Assembly: GCF_001194135.2 (NCBI RefSeq)
Contig: NC_068984.1
Location: 29,412,538 to 29,462,285 of the forward strand
Length of the DNA stretch: 49,748 nt
Direction: 5' to 3'
Source of the DNA: Octopus bimaculoides
Taxonomy: Eukaryota
The position numbers were made by a program, and so were the translations under genes. Below the pieces are notes generated by a model that searched no databases, had not been told where the DNA came from, and was given only the letters and a program-made list of their open reading frames with translations. Positions 13,114 to 26,440 of this stretch are shown here, piece after piece (the first letter of the stretch is position 1; each line of letters starts with the position of its first letter).

Positions 13114-13468
13114 TTAATTTGTATAGCAATAGTTATGTGGTTAATTTATAAGGGAATAATAATGTAATTAATTTGTAAGATAATAGATATGTGGCTAATT
13201 TGCAAGGTAAGAGTTATGTGGTTTAAGGCGGCGAGCTTGCAGAATTGTTAGCACGCCGGGAAAATGCTTTCGCCCGCCTTCATGTTCTTAGTTTAAATCT
13301 CACCGGGGTCGACTTTGCCTTTCATCCTTTCTGGGTTGATAAAGTAAGTACCAGCAGAGCACTGTGGTCGAGGTAATCGATTTAGCCGCTCCCTCGAACT
13401 TGGTAGCTTTGTGCCAAAATACGAAACTAATCGTTATGTAGTTAATTTGTATGGCAATATTTATGTGG
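13114..13468. repeat. 27-bp degenerate minisatellite (5 units) split by a SINE
   Basis: Units like ttaatttgtatagcaatagttatgtgg at 13114, 13141, 13168, 13195 and 13442. Confidence 0.75.
13223..13426 (+). mobile_element. SINE family A, near full length
   Basis: ttaaggcggcgagc...gtcgactttgcctttcatcctt...gtgccaaaatacgaaac; homologous to 5287-5417 and to other fragments in the window. Confidence 0.8.
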
Positions 13469-15059
13469 TGGGAATGGAACAGATATTATTGATATTGTCT
13501 GCTCGTTGTTATAAGTTCATGGGTTCAGTTACTGGACCAGGAGGTGGATTGCGCCTCTGAGAAAAATACTTCATATCACATTACTTTACTCTACTCAGCT
13601 GTAACGTGTAACAGTCGCATACTCGTGCAGCTCTCGATCTCTTCACACGAATACCGACCGGATACTGATGTTGGGGTCAAGAGGGTATCTATATCTGGTT
13701 ATGCCTACATGTGTTTTAAAACTATTAGCGGAAACAGCCCACCAAGTTATACTCGCTGGCGAGTGATGGCTGGCTATACTGGCTGGGGTGCTGTGGTGTA
13801 TCCTTAAATAAATTTTGATCATTGCAACATAATGTTGTTCCTTCACCCGTAAGGTTATCAGACTTCGTGTCTATGGAAAAATACTAAAGAACGTAAGTTT
13901 TGTGCAACAGAATCTTAGAGCTATTTTCGGTTCCTATTAGGAAACGTTTAACTTCACTTTCGGAAAGAAAAAAAAAACAAAAACAAAATAGCAAAACTTT
14001 TCCTTTAAAATCTTTTAAATGATCAGACCATTGTTGCTGTTTAATCTCAACCTTGACTGAGCAGACCAATCATCTGAGGCGTTCTAGCCATGACCATTCT
14101 GTCTTTTATGGGTATTGGGGCTACATCACCGAAAGTAACCTGCAACTTTTTTAAGGCGGCAAGTAGTGATTTAAGGGAGATTTGGTTGCTACTTTTAGCT
14201 CTAACACACAGTCACTCTTTCATTTTTATACCTATGTAGGAAGCAATGACTGATTTTCCTGCTACCATTTAATTGTTGTAATAGAAATCGACCGTGAGCC
14301 TCAGATACCGAACAATTAGTTCTTAATGAATAAGGCTGTCACATATCCTAACGAGAGAAAGTTCTAATTATTATAGCATCTAATTTTTATACTTAAAGCG
14401 TATCAAATCTTTGAATGAGTGTCAATGATCTAATTTAAGAGAGAATTTGTGACATTTATTGGTAGGAAATCGGCAAATATTTGTCGCCTTCAGTTCAGAA
14501 TATTCTCTCCAGTCCTCTTCTTCGCTGCTTAATTCAAGTAAATCCTCACAGATAACATGATTTGTCTCTGCAATTGCTAATCGGATTTAAAACATTGGAC
14601 TAGCTTAAATCAGATATACTGCACTCACCACCTTAAGCCCGCCTTTCTGCTCGCTTGTCTGCCAGTTTTACTGCAGATATGCGTGCATAAATGCAGACTA
14701 TTTATTTTATTTATTTCTTACATGTCACTGTGTTGTTTTTTACTCTCTCTTTCTCTCTCTTTCTCTTCGTATATATTCTTCTGTTCATATTTCCCCTCTT
14801 TCTTTCAATTCTTCCATAAATTTTTATCGTTTCCTAACGTTTCTCTTTCTCTTTCTGTCATTCGCTTCTTTTAATTATTTCACCCCATCTGTCCATTTTC
14901 TTTTTTCTCTTTTTGCTTTTAATTCATTCCCTCTTTCTACCCAGCTTTTCTTTCTTTTTTATTCTTATTTTTTTCCCTTATTTTCTTTCGTTATTTGTGT
15001 TAATCTTTTCCTTATTTTGTCTCATCTGATATACATTTTCTTTTCACTTTCCCTTCATA

Positions 15060-15064
15060 ATCAT

Positions 15065-15103
<39 letters not shown>

Positions 15104-15216
15104 CTCACTTTCTTTTCTGCTTTCCTCAATGTACTATTACCATAATCTCAAACCCGATCATCAATCAGCTAGACAATAATTCGAATGCCAACACAACCAC
15201 AGCAACAAACAACAAG

Positions 15217-15247
<31 letters not shown>

Positions 15248-15460
15248 TTAACGGCTACATCATCTACGCCATCACCGCTTTGCATAACTATTAGTTTACG
15301 AATCAGCGTTTTTGGTCTCATCTTCATCGCCGTCGATTTAGTCGTCATCATCAAATAATGAATGAAAGAAAGAAAGAAATATAAACAAAAGAGAGCGAAA
15401 GAAAGGAAGGAAAGTGTGTGTATGAGAAAGAGAGAGAGAGAGAGAGGGGGGGAGGAAAAA
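15060..15460. repeat. (TTTC)n, (CAA)n and GA-rich simple repeats
   Basis: Directly visible. Confidence 0.85.
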
Positions 15461-16123
15461 GAAAGGTAAAGGAAGTGAGAATCACAAACAGAAAGACGAT
15501 AAAGGAACCGATTTCTCGCTGGGGCATTTTCATTTGCAGAGATTTCGTGACGCTCTGCAATTTCTCTCTTCAAACAATCCGCACGGTATTAAAACTGAGA
15601 AAACGTCTGCCATAGGCTTCACAGAATCTTTGTGACATGCAATAATATGTCGGTGTGAATAATTAGTCAAGTAGTTGATGGAACAAAGTAGAAGACATGT
15701 CATTACATATTTCGTCCCGTTTATTATGTGGACATGTGAGCGTGTTAGTGTGTGTATGTCTGTATCTGTGTACGTATATGCAATATCAAATATGCGATTG
15801 TCCTTCAGTTTGTATAAACATTAATAAAGCTGGCGTTGTTAATTAACAATGAATCTATTTGTTTATGTTGTTCCATGTACTATTGAAGTATATATGAGAG
15901 TCTCTATGTATTAGTATTTATAGTTTATTGTTCCATCTCTGCTAAAATATGAGCGTTGACGTATTGTTGGAACACAGAAATTCCCATCTGTGAATGATTA
16001 TTCACATGCTTAAATGCATGCTTGTACAAACCAAGCATGCACATAGTCATACATATACGTCGTATATGTATGAATTTACAAAAAAAGACAAAAAATGAAG
16101 ACGGGTGTGTAAACAACAAACAG

Positions 16124-16170
<47 letters not shown>

Positions 16171-16434
16171 NNNNNNNNNNNNNNNNNNNNNNNNNNNNNN
16201 NNNNNNNNNNNNNNNNNNNNNNNNNNNNNNNNNNNNNNNNNNNNNNNNNNNNNNNNNNNNNNNNNNNNNNNNNNNNNNNNNNNNNNNNNNNNNNNNNNNN
16301 NNNNNNNNNNNNNNNNNNNNNNNNNNNNNNNNNNNNNNNNNNNNNNNNNNNNNNNNNNNNNNNNNNNNNNNNNNNNNNNNNNNNNNNNNNNNNNNNNNNN
16401 NNNNNNNNNNNNNNNNNNNNNNNNNNNNNNNNNN
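16171..16434. other. Assembly gap next to (TA)n
   Basis: N run. Confidence 1.
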
Positions 16435-16712
16435 TTTGAAACCGCGACCTGTTCACTGACAAAATTTCGTGCTGCATTGAAATTTTGTCAGTGAATAGGT
16501 CGCGTTTTCAAAGCGATGAAAATATTTTGACACCATATTAAATGTTGAAGTGAATCTAATGGTTTTGGTGTGTTTTTTTAAATGGCTTATAAACACCTTC
16601 CACGCTGCAATTGTTTTTGTTTCAGCACACGATCTCAGATGAAGTCACTCAAAAAGATCTTCAAACTCGCTCCCCGTTCACCATATAAGGGCGTGCTGGG
16701 GTCGAGTTTGAA
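16435..16712. repeat. Interspersed repeat with two hairpins, possibly a Penelope-like terminal repeat
   Basis: 34-bp stem 16435-16468/16479-16512 (2 mismatches) and ~15-bp stem 16660-16675/16698-16712. The family assignment is recollection and inference only. Confidence 0.5.
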
Positions 16713-18419
16713 CTATAATAATTATAAAATGTAATTTCATGATAGTGAAATATAATTTTAGCTGAAATTTAATTAAATATTTTAACCTAGTTCATTTAGA
16801 TGTAAAATAGCTAAAATTAATACAATAAATGAAAACAAAGCTATCAAAATAAAATCGAATTAACGTTGCATTATCAAATGAAAATTCTGAGCTCATAATC
16901 TTAGATTTACAAACCTATGTTCTCAAAACTTGGTTTTCTTTTCAGGGCCAGGAAATACTTCAGATTTGATCATTAAATAATACACTATATAGGTTACATC
17001 CAAACCACATGCCAAAATAGCAAACTACAGCAGTGTTTCTAAACCGTTTTTCGTACGACCTACTTCGATTTTCCAAAAAACAACGCGAGCTCCACCATCA
17101 ACAGATGAAGTCGTTATGTAGCATTTAGGATAAACACGTGTGCTGAGGGTGCTGCGACACTCTGTCTCCGAATGTAGGAGTCTATGTCTCACCAGGACAT
17201 TTACCGATGTAGGCGAAAAAATACCCGCACAGCAGTACGAGCTTTGTCGAGTCAGATACTGAACTCTGGGCCAAATGTTTCTACCATCCTTAATGCTCGT
17301 CCTTGCTGCACCACTCGTCTTCACACTCGAGCTTGATGGAACGGCTCACTTTCTCAACGCTTTCTGGCAACATCTTTCCGCTCCTTCGTAGGTAGTTTAA
17401 GATACCTGAGCCTCGAGCGAACCCTGCTTCCAACATATCTAACGCCTATCTCTATCAGGAAGGCAAATTACCTCCAATCCATTTGTTTCACTGACTTCAA
17501 CCAGCATTCAAAAGACGCTTTATATAAACATTATTGCCAGTTTTATTCACATGTCACTTACTTATGTCTCTATCTGAAGTAACTGATGTCCCACCAAAAT
17601 ATTGCCACGCCTCCCCGGTGGGATGTACACCCAATCTTACGGAACACTGAAGACCATTCAACTGACTGAGACACATTCAAACCTCAAAATAACGGAAACA
17701 TTGTTTCACAGAAACTGTTTCTCCCACAGTATTTTTCTGCAGTCATCCTATTGACAATTATTTCTTTTAAACTGCTATTTCATTGCTTTCAGTCTCCCAG
17801 GTTTTGGATGCCTCCATCTCTTTTCTTTTACTTTTTCTTTCCTCAACTGTCTGACATTTCGTTCTTACACTAAACACTTTGACCAAGTAAAGGTGATAAC
17901 TTTGTAGTTATTATACAGTTGCCACAAGTTCAGTTTTTCACTTGCATAGCAACTGTGTGATTGCTAGTAATTCTTTTAACGATCGGTCATACATGATAGC
18001 GAGCGATAGGAAGCAATCATTTTCAGTCTATATATACTTAAGTACATACTTCATATTGTCACTATTGTGTTAGATTTATCAAATCTTTACAGATGCAGTA
18101 TTAATAGAACGAACATTAACTCAATTTATTTCCAAACACGGAATTTTTCAACAAGAATGCGAATTACTCTATTGGCTTTTGTATTTATTGTATTTATGGT
18201 GTTAGACGCTATATATAAACTTTGTCCAAATTATCAAATGATTTTTGGTTCTTTAACTGCGATTAAGATGTAGAAAAAATAGTTCGAATGGACAATGGTA
18301 CGAACACTTAATTTATTTTACCTGTACTGAATAATAGTATATTCACTAGCGCAACGGGGAACTTGATTCCCAAAATGACAAAGTCGAAGTGCAGCGAAAT
18401 TGTAATTAAAAAGTATTTG

Positions 18420-18552
18420 ATCCTGGTGCATGTATGTATGTATGCATGTATGTATGCATATATATATATGATATGGATAATATACATAATACACACACAC
18501 ATAATGATACACACACACACACGCACACACATGCACACACACACACACATAC

Positions 18553-18620
<68 letters not shown>

Positions 18621-18660
18621 AGGTATACAGACACGCACACACATATTTATACATACAAGT
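18420..18660. repeat. Compound TA/CA/TATG microsatellite
   Basis: Directly visible. Confidence 0.95.
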
Positions 18661-19430
18661 TTTTAAATATGTGCATATATATAGTCGTACAATTTTAGCA
18701 GTTCCAGTTATAATGCTCCAGCCTGACCGGCCACAGTATTCCAGTTAGGACTAGTAAAGGAGTAAAAAAGAGGGAAATATGTATGTATGAAATATGTATG
18801 TATGTGTTTACCTACATACATACATACATACAACTCTTCCTTCTTTTCCGTCTCCGAATCCACAATGTACAGACGTAATGTATACACCTGTTCTAACATG
18901 CAGTGATGGCTACAAGTATTCTACAGTGCAGTAGACAGCAACGAAACGAAACACTTTTAACACACCTGTAAATTAACACTTATAGAGCCCAACCCACGCA
19001 CACACATTCGCGCGCTTCATGGTCAGTTCTCTCATGTCCAAATGATATTCCTTGTATCAGAGTAAAACAGTTATTTAGTATAGATTGTTCGCCGCTCTTA
19101 GTGTATGTGAAGATACAGCTGGCGTGTCGCGTGACTGAAATAGCAAGCTGAGGCTAACAATGGAAAATAGTGAAAGAACTATCATTAGATAATGAGAACG
19201 CATGTGAATTTTAGAGAACATTTAAGAAAATAATATAATTTTGGAGATGGGTCAGCACATAGTTCAAGTGTATATAGGCGGTTGAGTTAACATCAACGTT
19301 TCTTTACTATGAACACGGACACTAATACACACACACACACACACACACAAATATATATATATGTATATGTATGTATGTATGTGTGTGTGTCTATCTATCT
19401 ATCTATCTGTCTGTGTAAATTCTATATAAT

Positions 19431-19468
<38 letters not shown>

Positions 19469-20190
19469 NNNNNNNNNNNNNNNNNNNNNNNNNNNNNNNN
19501 NNNNNNNNNNNNNNNNNNNNNNNNNNNNNNNNNNNNNNNNNNNNNNNNNNNNNNNNNNNNNNNNNNNNNNNNNNNNNNNNNNNNNNNNNNNNNNNNNNNN
19601 NNNNNNNNNNNNNNNNNNNNNNNNNNNNNNNNNNNNNNNNNNNNNNNNNNNNNNNNNNNNNNNNNNNNNNNNNNNNNNNNNNNNNNNNNNNNNNNNNNNN
19701 NNNNNNNNNNNNNNNNNNNNNNNNNNNNNNNNNNNNNNNNNNNNNNNNNNNNNNNNNNNNNNNNNNNNNNNNNNNNNNNNNNNNNNNNNNNNNNNNNNNN
19801 NNNNNNNNNNNNNNNNNNNNNNNNNNNNNNNNNNNNNNNNNNNNNNNNNNNNNNNNNNNNNNNNNNNNNNNNNNNNNNNNNNNNNNNNNNNNNNNNNNNN
19901 NNNNNNNNNNNNNNNNNNNNNNNNNNNNNNNNNNNNNNNNNNNNNNNNNNNNNNNNNNNNNNNNNNNNNNNNNNNNNNNNNNNNNNNNNNNNNNNNNNNN
20001 NNNNNNNNNNNNNNNNNNNNNNNNNNNNNNNNNNNNNNNNNNNNNNNNNNNNNNNNNNNNNNNNNNNNNNNNNNNNNNNNNNNNNNNNNNNNNNNNNNNN
20101 NNNNNNNNNNNNNNNNNNNNNNNNNNNNNNNNNNNNNNNNNNNNNNNNNNNNNNNNNNNNNNNNNNNNNNNNNNNNNNNNNNNNNNNNNN
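19469..20190. other. Assembly gap
   Basis: N run. Confidence 1.
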
Positions 20191-20502
20191 TTAACGTGCA
20201 AGTGACTATAGCACTCCACAGACACGTGTACCCTTAACGTAGTTCTCGGGGATATTCAGCGTGACACAGTGTGACAAGGCTGACCCTTTGAACTACAGGC
20301 ACAACAGAAACAGGAAGTAAGAGTGAGAGAAAGTTGTGGCGAAAGAGTACAGCAGTGTTCGCCACCATCCCCTGCCGGAGCCTCGTGGAGCTTTTAGGTG
20401 TTTTCGCTCAATAAACACTCACAACGCCCGGTCTGGGAATCGAAACCACGATCCTATGACCGCGAGTCCGCTGCCCTAACCGCTGGGCCATTGCACCTCC
20501 AC
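20191..20502 (-). mobile_element. tRNA-derived SINE family D
   Basis: Minus strand has box A (tggcccagcgg) and box B (ggtttcgattcc) in a tRNA-like head, then a ~240-nt body cut by the gap. Confidence 0.85.
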
Positions 20503-21689
20503 TTTCTTGCATTATATTGTAAAGTACAATGTTTGCCGTTTTGCGAAAGTTGGCAGGGCATGGTTTGAGGAAAATTTGGCACCTATTTGTAGCTGATTGA
20601 GCGATGACAGAGAAGTCTCTGCAACTTCTTTGTGTATATTAATATCTGTGTAAACACTATGAAATAGCGGTAATAAACCAGGTCGGTAATGCAAGTTCAT
20701 CTTTTTTACTTTTACTTAATATACTTAAAATTTAAATCACTCATGAATACGAAACTTTCAGTATTAATCCAACAATCTGAGACGAGTCACATGATTATTC
20801 CATATCGAGGGCGTTGGCAATCAGCCGATGCAATGGAACAGAAGTCAACTAATTATCAGAGACAGTAAGTGTTGAAATCCTGCTGCCATCATTACGTTGT
20901 GTTTGTAGCAAGTACACTTAACTTTCAAAATAGCCCTTTTCCTATAGCCACAAATGACGTCAGCCGGTTATTGGCAACATTGTAAAACAAACGAACATTT
21001 TAACAACCTACAGAACTGTGCTCAAATATTCCTATCTACAGCTTGGAGTGATGGGGTACATATAACACTTATTTGTCTTAGATTCCCTGCAGGAATACGT
21101 AGGCTTCATTGGTTTCCATATAACCCAATGGGAAACAAGATTCATACCGTTTCTATTGAATTATCGCTTTTAATTATGTGTTTAATGTTATATGTATCGC
21201 AAGACAGATTATTTAAATGTTTATTCAGTTTACTTCCGGTACGAATCAATTACTTAATTGATGTCCCTTGGGACGAAAATAGTTAATCGATGGCGTTTGA
21301 AATCGATCTTAATACATCTCAACCTTTCTTGGAGTTAAGCCAAGGAAGATAAACATATTACTCTTACTGCTTCATGAAGTGGAATAATAGGAAGACGGTT
21401 AAAAAAGAAAGAAAGAAAGAATGAATGAAAGAAGATAGGTGTCATTACTGTCTCTGGTGCATTTACACCTTCTTAGTTTATCAAAAACACCGAACAGAAT
21501 CTTAGCAAGTGAATCAGCTTCGTCGGAGATAAGGCTTTTTTAGACTGTAAATAGATATTTAATGTCAATGTGTATATTTACATATTTATGTATATATTTG
21601 TGTGTTTAAATTATATATCTAATACGTGTATAAATAATAGATGCATATGTGTGTGAGTTATAATTTTGAGTATATATAATATGTACACA

Positions 21690-21705
21690 CACATACGTAC
21701 GTACA

Positions 21706-21738
<33 letters not shown>

Positions 21739-21767
21739 TCATACACATATCTACCTACCTACTTACC
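21690..21767. repeat. (TACA)n/(TACC)n microsatellite
   Basis: Directly visible. Confidence 0.9.
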
Positions 21768-22081
21768 TAGAAAAGTATGTGCCGTCATGGAAGTTAGTTG
21801 CCTTGCTGATATGAATATCTCTTCGAAAATCAAACAGAAGGAAGATATCTATGGACAAATGATTCGAAACTCCCAGTTTCTTTATCCAGATTATGAATTC
21901 ACATTTATACCAATGATTATTTGTGCACTTAGTTTTATAAGTAAATACCTAAGTGACAATTTGGATAATCTAGGTTTTTCTGTAAAAGAAATCAACCATC
22001 GCAAATGTACACACACGAGACATAAAATCTGTATGTGGAACAGTGAAAATATGCAAGACATTTCTCAAGTTTGAAATGTGA
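21768..22081 (+). mobile_element. 5'-truncated RLE non-LTR retrotransposon, third family (endonuclease C-terminus)
   Basis: KVCAVMEVSCLADMNISSKIKQKEDIYG...LYPDYEFTFIPMIICALS...GTVKICKTFLKFEM* with one frame change: an RLE-type E-x-S-C...K..EK..Y...P..I.AL pattern. Confidence 0.75.
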
Positions 22082-22756
22082 ATTTGTTTTCGTTATTTAT
22101 ATTCCACCGATGGAGCTTTGTATCTTTGTCAGAAACCAGCTGCTACCTCAGAGGAAGATTTCAAATGATTAGAAGCAAAAAGAAAACTTATATACTTAGT
22201 GCATAGATCCTCCATCAGTTTTATTGACAAATTTAATCAGTTGTTCGATCAGCTGAATATGTAATAATTGCATGTATTGTTAAACTTATTCTCTGAGAAA
22301 ATCTGTATGGCACACCACCTGACACACCTTGTTTGTTGCATTACAGCTCACTCAGGCTTACAGGCTTACAAACAAACTAAGTATACTCAATTTCTTTTAC
22401 CAAGCTTGAGCTGAACCGAAGTTATAATAACAGACATATGCTCAAGACGCCACTCAGTGATATCTAAACGTGGACATTATAATTACGAAGCAAACTTAAC
22501 CGTTGGGTCATGCTTTGTTCATTTATCGTGTATAAATGTATGAAGGCATGTAGTATATGTGTATATACGCATATATACATGTATGTCTTATCTGGGGCTT
22601 GGTCAAAAAATTGTAAAGCGGTCCGTTATGTTTCCACTCGCTCGCTTTTTTCCGCACATCAAAAGCAAAAAAAAAAAAACAGTAAAAAAAGAATGCGCTT
22701 ACATTATTATTTCACTCACTGGTAGGATTATTAAATATATACATATACATATTCAA

Positions 22757-22834
22757 CTGCTAAGTTACAGGGACGTAAACCCACCAATATCGGTTGTCAA
22801 GCGATGGTGGAGGGACTATCACAGACACATAAGC

Positions 22835-22908
<74 letters not shown>

Positions 22909-23061
22909 ATATATATANNNNNNNNNNNNNNNNNNNNNNNNNNNNNNNNNNNNNNNNNNNNNNNNNNNNNNNNNNNNNNNNNNNNNNNNNNNNNNNNNNN
23001 NNNNNNNNNNNNNNNNNNNNNNNNNNNNNNNNNNNNNNNNNNNNNNNNNNATATATATATT

Positions 23062-23100
<39 letters not shown>

Positions 23101-23197
23101 ATGTATACAGCAGGCTTCTTTCAGGTTCCGTCTGCCAAATCTACTTACAAGGCTTTGGTCGGCCCGAGGCTATAGTAGAAGACACTTGCCCAAGGTG
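22757..23197 (-). mobile_element. SINE family C (head missing) with internal (TATC)n/(TA)n/(TG)n and a gap
   Basis: Reverse complement ~88% identical to 23933-24342 over the compared segment. Confidence 0.85.
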
Positions 23198-23932
23198 TTT
23201 ATTTGTTCTACCATTACTCAGAAATAGTACAATTTTGGCTTTTTGTTATGACTAATACAAATTAGGTATTTCCGAAGTCATACAATTTTTGAACCGCAAA
23301 ACATCAGTTTGTTTTATCTAATCCTAATACTTAATTCCAAATATTTTTATTAGATTTTACAAAATAGCATCAACAGGTAACTGTGACTACAGGACTATAT
23401 CAATTCAATTCAGATTCGGCTCAGATGAACTTTCCTTATTAATTTATAGCTTAAATTCTTCAATGGTCATCTCTAGGACACAATGTCTTCTAATCAGCAA
23501 TTTACGACTGCCTGCGTTTTCATTTGTATGACTTTGTCAGAGTAGGAAGGGTAGCAGTGGCAAGATCTTTTTTTAAGGCCACTGAGACTGATTGTAGGAA
23601 GGGAGGATGCAATAAAGGGAACCAAAGATATCCAAAGACCAGCAGGGAAAGTTTAGACCGATCGATAAATTAAATTTACAACACTAGAATAGGAACAATC
23701 CATCCAACGGCTTACGTACAAGCTGCTATGATAAAGGTTACTTGCCCAGTGTGCTATACGGTGAGAGTGAGCATGAAATAACATAGATGCAAAGAGAATT
23801 TCGTCACTGTGATAGTTTATAAAAAGTCAAGTTAAAAAAATTGAGTGATTGCTTTGACGAGATTGAAAGATTACGTAGAGGATTTCGAGGAGTTACGAGT
23901 TTTGGGGGGTTATTAGCGAGAGGTAATCACAT

Positions 23933-24342
23933 AGGTGCAGGAGTGGCTGTGTGGTAAGTAGCTTGCTTACCAACTACATGGTTCTGGTTTCAGTCCCACT
24001 GCGTGGTACCTTAGGCAAGTGTATTCTTCGGGCCGACCAAAGCCTTGTGAGTGGATTTGGTAGACGGAAACTGGAAGAAGCCCGTCGTATATATGTATAT
24101 ATATATATGTGTATGTATGCGTGTGTATATGTTTGTGTGTCTGTGTTTGTCCCCCCAACTTCGCTTGACAACTGATGCTGGTGTGTTTACGTCCCCGTAA
24201 CTTAGCAGTTCGGCAAAAGAGCCCGATTGAATAAGTACTAGGCTTCCAAAAAATAAGTCCTGGGGTCGATTTGCTCGACTAAAGGCGGTGCTCCAGCATG
24301 GCCGCAGTCAAATGACTGAAACAAGTAAAAGAGTAAAAGAGT
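23933..24342 (+). mobile_element. tRNA-derived SINE family C, full length, with internal microsatellite
   Basis: Box A tggctgtgtgg, box B-like ggtttcagtcc, central TA/TG tract, (taaaagag)n tail. Confidence 0.9.
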
Positions 24343-25364
24343 ATATAGGGAAAAAGGAAATGATAAACAATTATGACGGAGAAGAAGAAATACGTATTTT
24401 TTTACGAACTAAGTTCACAAATTTTGACGTATCGATTAAATAGATTCTGCTATCTGGTACTAATCTCTGTTTTATTTTATCAGCAGAATGATGAAAGGCA
24501 AAGTTCATGCCAGCTTAGTTTTAATTAAAACTATAAAGAGACGTAAATAAATGCTGCACACAATTTTGTCTGGCACTCTGTTTCTTCTGTCCGTTTGCCA
24601 CCCGGCAAATATTGTATGATACAGCAAATATTGCATGCCACTGATTAAAGTAAAATTTAGTATCCTTTCACCAGTACTGCATAGTGCTCGTGGTTAAGAT
24701 CCTTAGGGTACATAGCTCTAGTGATAATGGGTTGTTACTCAGTTCTGTAAGTATATCATAAGTCACTCGCAAGCAGTCGGCAAGGTACCAGCAATAAAAA
24801 AAGGGTGTCTAATAACCCTGAAGTTAATGAGATTTACAAAAGAGGAAAATATCTAGATCATTGGCTTTCATTTCACTTCCATGAAAAATGCAGAACGGCA
24901 TCCTACTTAGCAAAAATAGATCTCTCATTCACTCAACAAGACAGAAACAAAATGAAGTACTGATGTTTTGCGATTTAAAAGTTAAATGACTTCGGGAATA
25001 TTGAATTTGTGGATCATTATGAATTTGTAACTTAATGCGGAGAAAATATTGAATAAAATGTTAAGTACACAATCTACGCGCTGAATGGCTGTAGAAGTGA
25101 GTAGTGTAACGTTAACGAGATTCAAGCAATTGAAACTATTGAAATATAGGTTTACAAAGTAGTCAGAGGACATTATTAACAATGTGATATGCAACTGCAG
25201 AATACTAATGAAGTAAGGTTTTACCCTCAGTGGGACGATTCAATTTGATAAACATCTTTGTGCTAACAAAGTTCTTGCGCATGGGGAATTTTTAAACAAT
25301 TCGACAGAAAACATCTTTGCGTCAATAGACAATTATTGAATTGATTTTTTGATTTAACATCTGT

Positions 25365-25453
25365 GAATTCAGTTGATATATACATATACACATATATATG
25401 TATATATGATTATATATATATATATATGTATGTATATATGATTATATATACAC

Positions 25454-25504
<51 letters not shown>

Positions 25505-25595
25505 TATACATACATGCACACACATATATATATGTATATATGATTATATATATAGACATATATATATACATATGTATATATATGCGTATATATAA
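25365..25595. repeat. Compound (TA)n/(CA)n repeat
   Basis: Directly visible. Confidence 0.9.
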
Positions 25596-26074
25596 AAATT
25601 GATTGAAACAACAGTCTATATTCTCTTCGCTAGCACTGCTGTCTTGATTCTTCATTAGGAGCCTCATTACATCGAAAAGACACAGTATTGTTCAAATGTA
25701 CCTTAAAGGGGTATAAAACTAAGCTTCCATGTTTTAGCGATTTCAATTTGCAGATATTTACAGTGAGAAAATTTTTAGTATGCCTTTCTTGAGACATTTT
25801 CATCTTGTGAGACATATCTATTAACGGACAAAATTCCTCTGTTGTAGTCCTTGATCATAATGTCCGGTCAATTGGAGTTAATCTTTCTGTCTCTTTGTGT
25901 TGGGAAGTTTCAAAGGATGGTGATGCCCTCGCCATTTACTTCATCCTCTGGGATTTAATTTCAAATCATGGGATTTAATTTTGAAGTATTCACAAACATT
26001 GCAGTGGAAGTACTGCCCTAGTCTGTCATGTCTTATAAGGTACTTCTATTCAGCGAAGACTGAGCAGCCAGAAA

Positions 26075-26280
26075 CAACATGAGGGGTCAGATCCATCTTT
26101 CAGGATGATTGCATGGTAGTTTCTGGTTGGTAAGCTCTGATCTTGCGCTGCAATAACAAAACCTGTTTCCCCTATCAGACCTGTCCCTTGTGGCCATTGG
26201 TATGTTAGATTTTGATCAATATCTGGCTTGGACAGGCGGTTATTTTTCCAGGAGTTTTCCTTTCCAATTGCCTTCGATAT
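26075..26280 (-). mobile_element. Internal fragment of an R4/Dong-like LINE (region before the CCHC motif)
   Basis: IDQNLTYQWPQGTGLIGETGFVIAAQDQSLPTRNYHAIILKDGSDPSC: IAAQDQ.L.TRNY motif of R4-clade ORFs. Confidence 0.8.
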
Positions 26281-26290
26281 NNNNNNNNNN

Positions 26291-26356
26291 CTTTTGTTTT
26301 GCATTTGTACAAGTTGGATCCAAGTCTCACCCAGAGACCTCAAGAGACAACAAGTT

Positions 26357-26358
<2 letters not shown>
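26291..26358 (-). mobile_element. 3'UTR tail of the second R4/Dong-like family
   Basis: 68/68 identical to the reverse complement of 5947-6014; bounded by a gap and (TTA)n. Confidence 0.9.
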
Positions 26359-26399
<41 letters not shown>

Positions 26400-26440
26400 G
26401 TGTTGCTGCTGATGTTGTATTAGTTATCATTATTATTATT

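Noticed and set aside
15540-15585. Similarity of LQFLSSNNPH to the Delta/Serrate N-terminal domain
   Set aside because: Too short; the exon size and downstream cysteine pattern do not fit.
17700-17870. RTE-like LINE C-terminus on the minus strand
   Set aside because: Only a faint resemblance (SKTWE); too degenerate to support.
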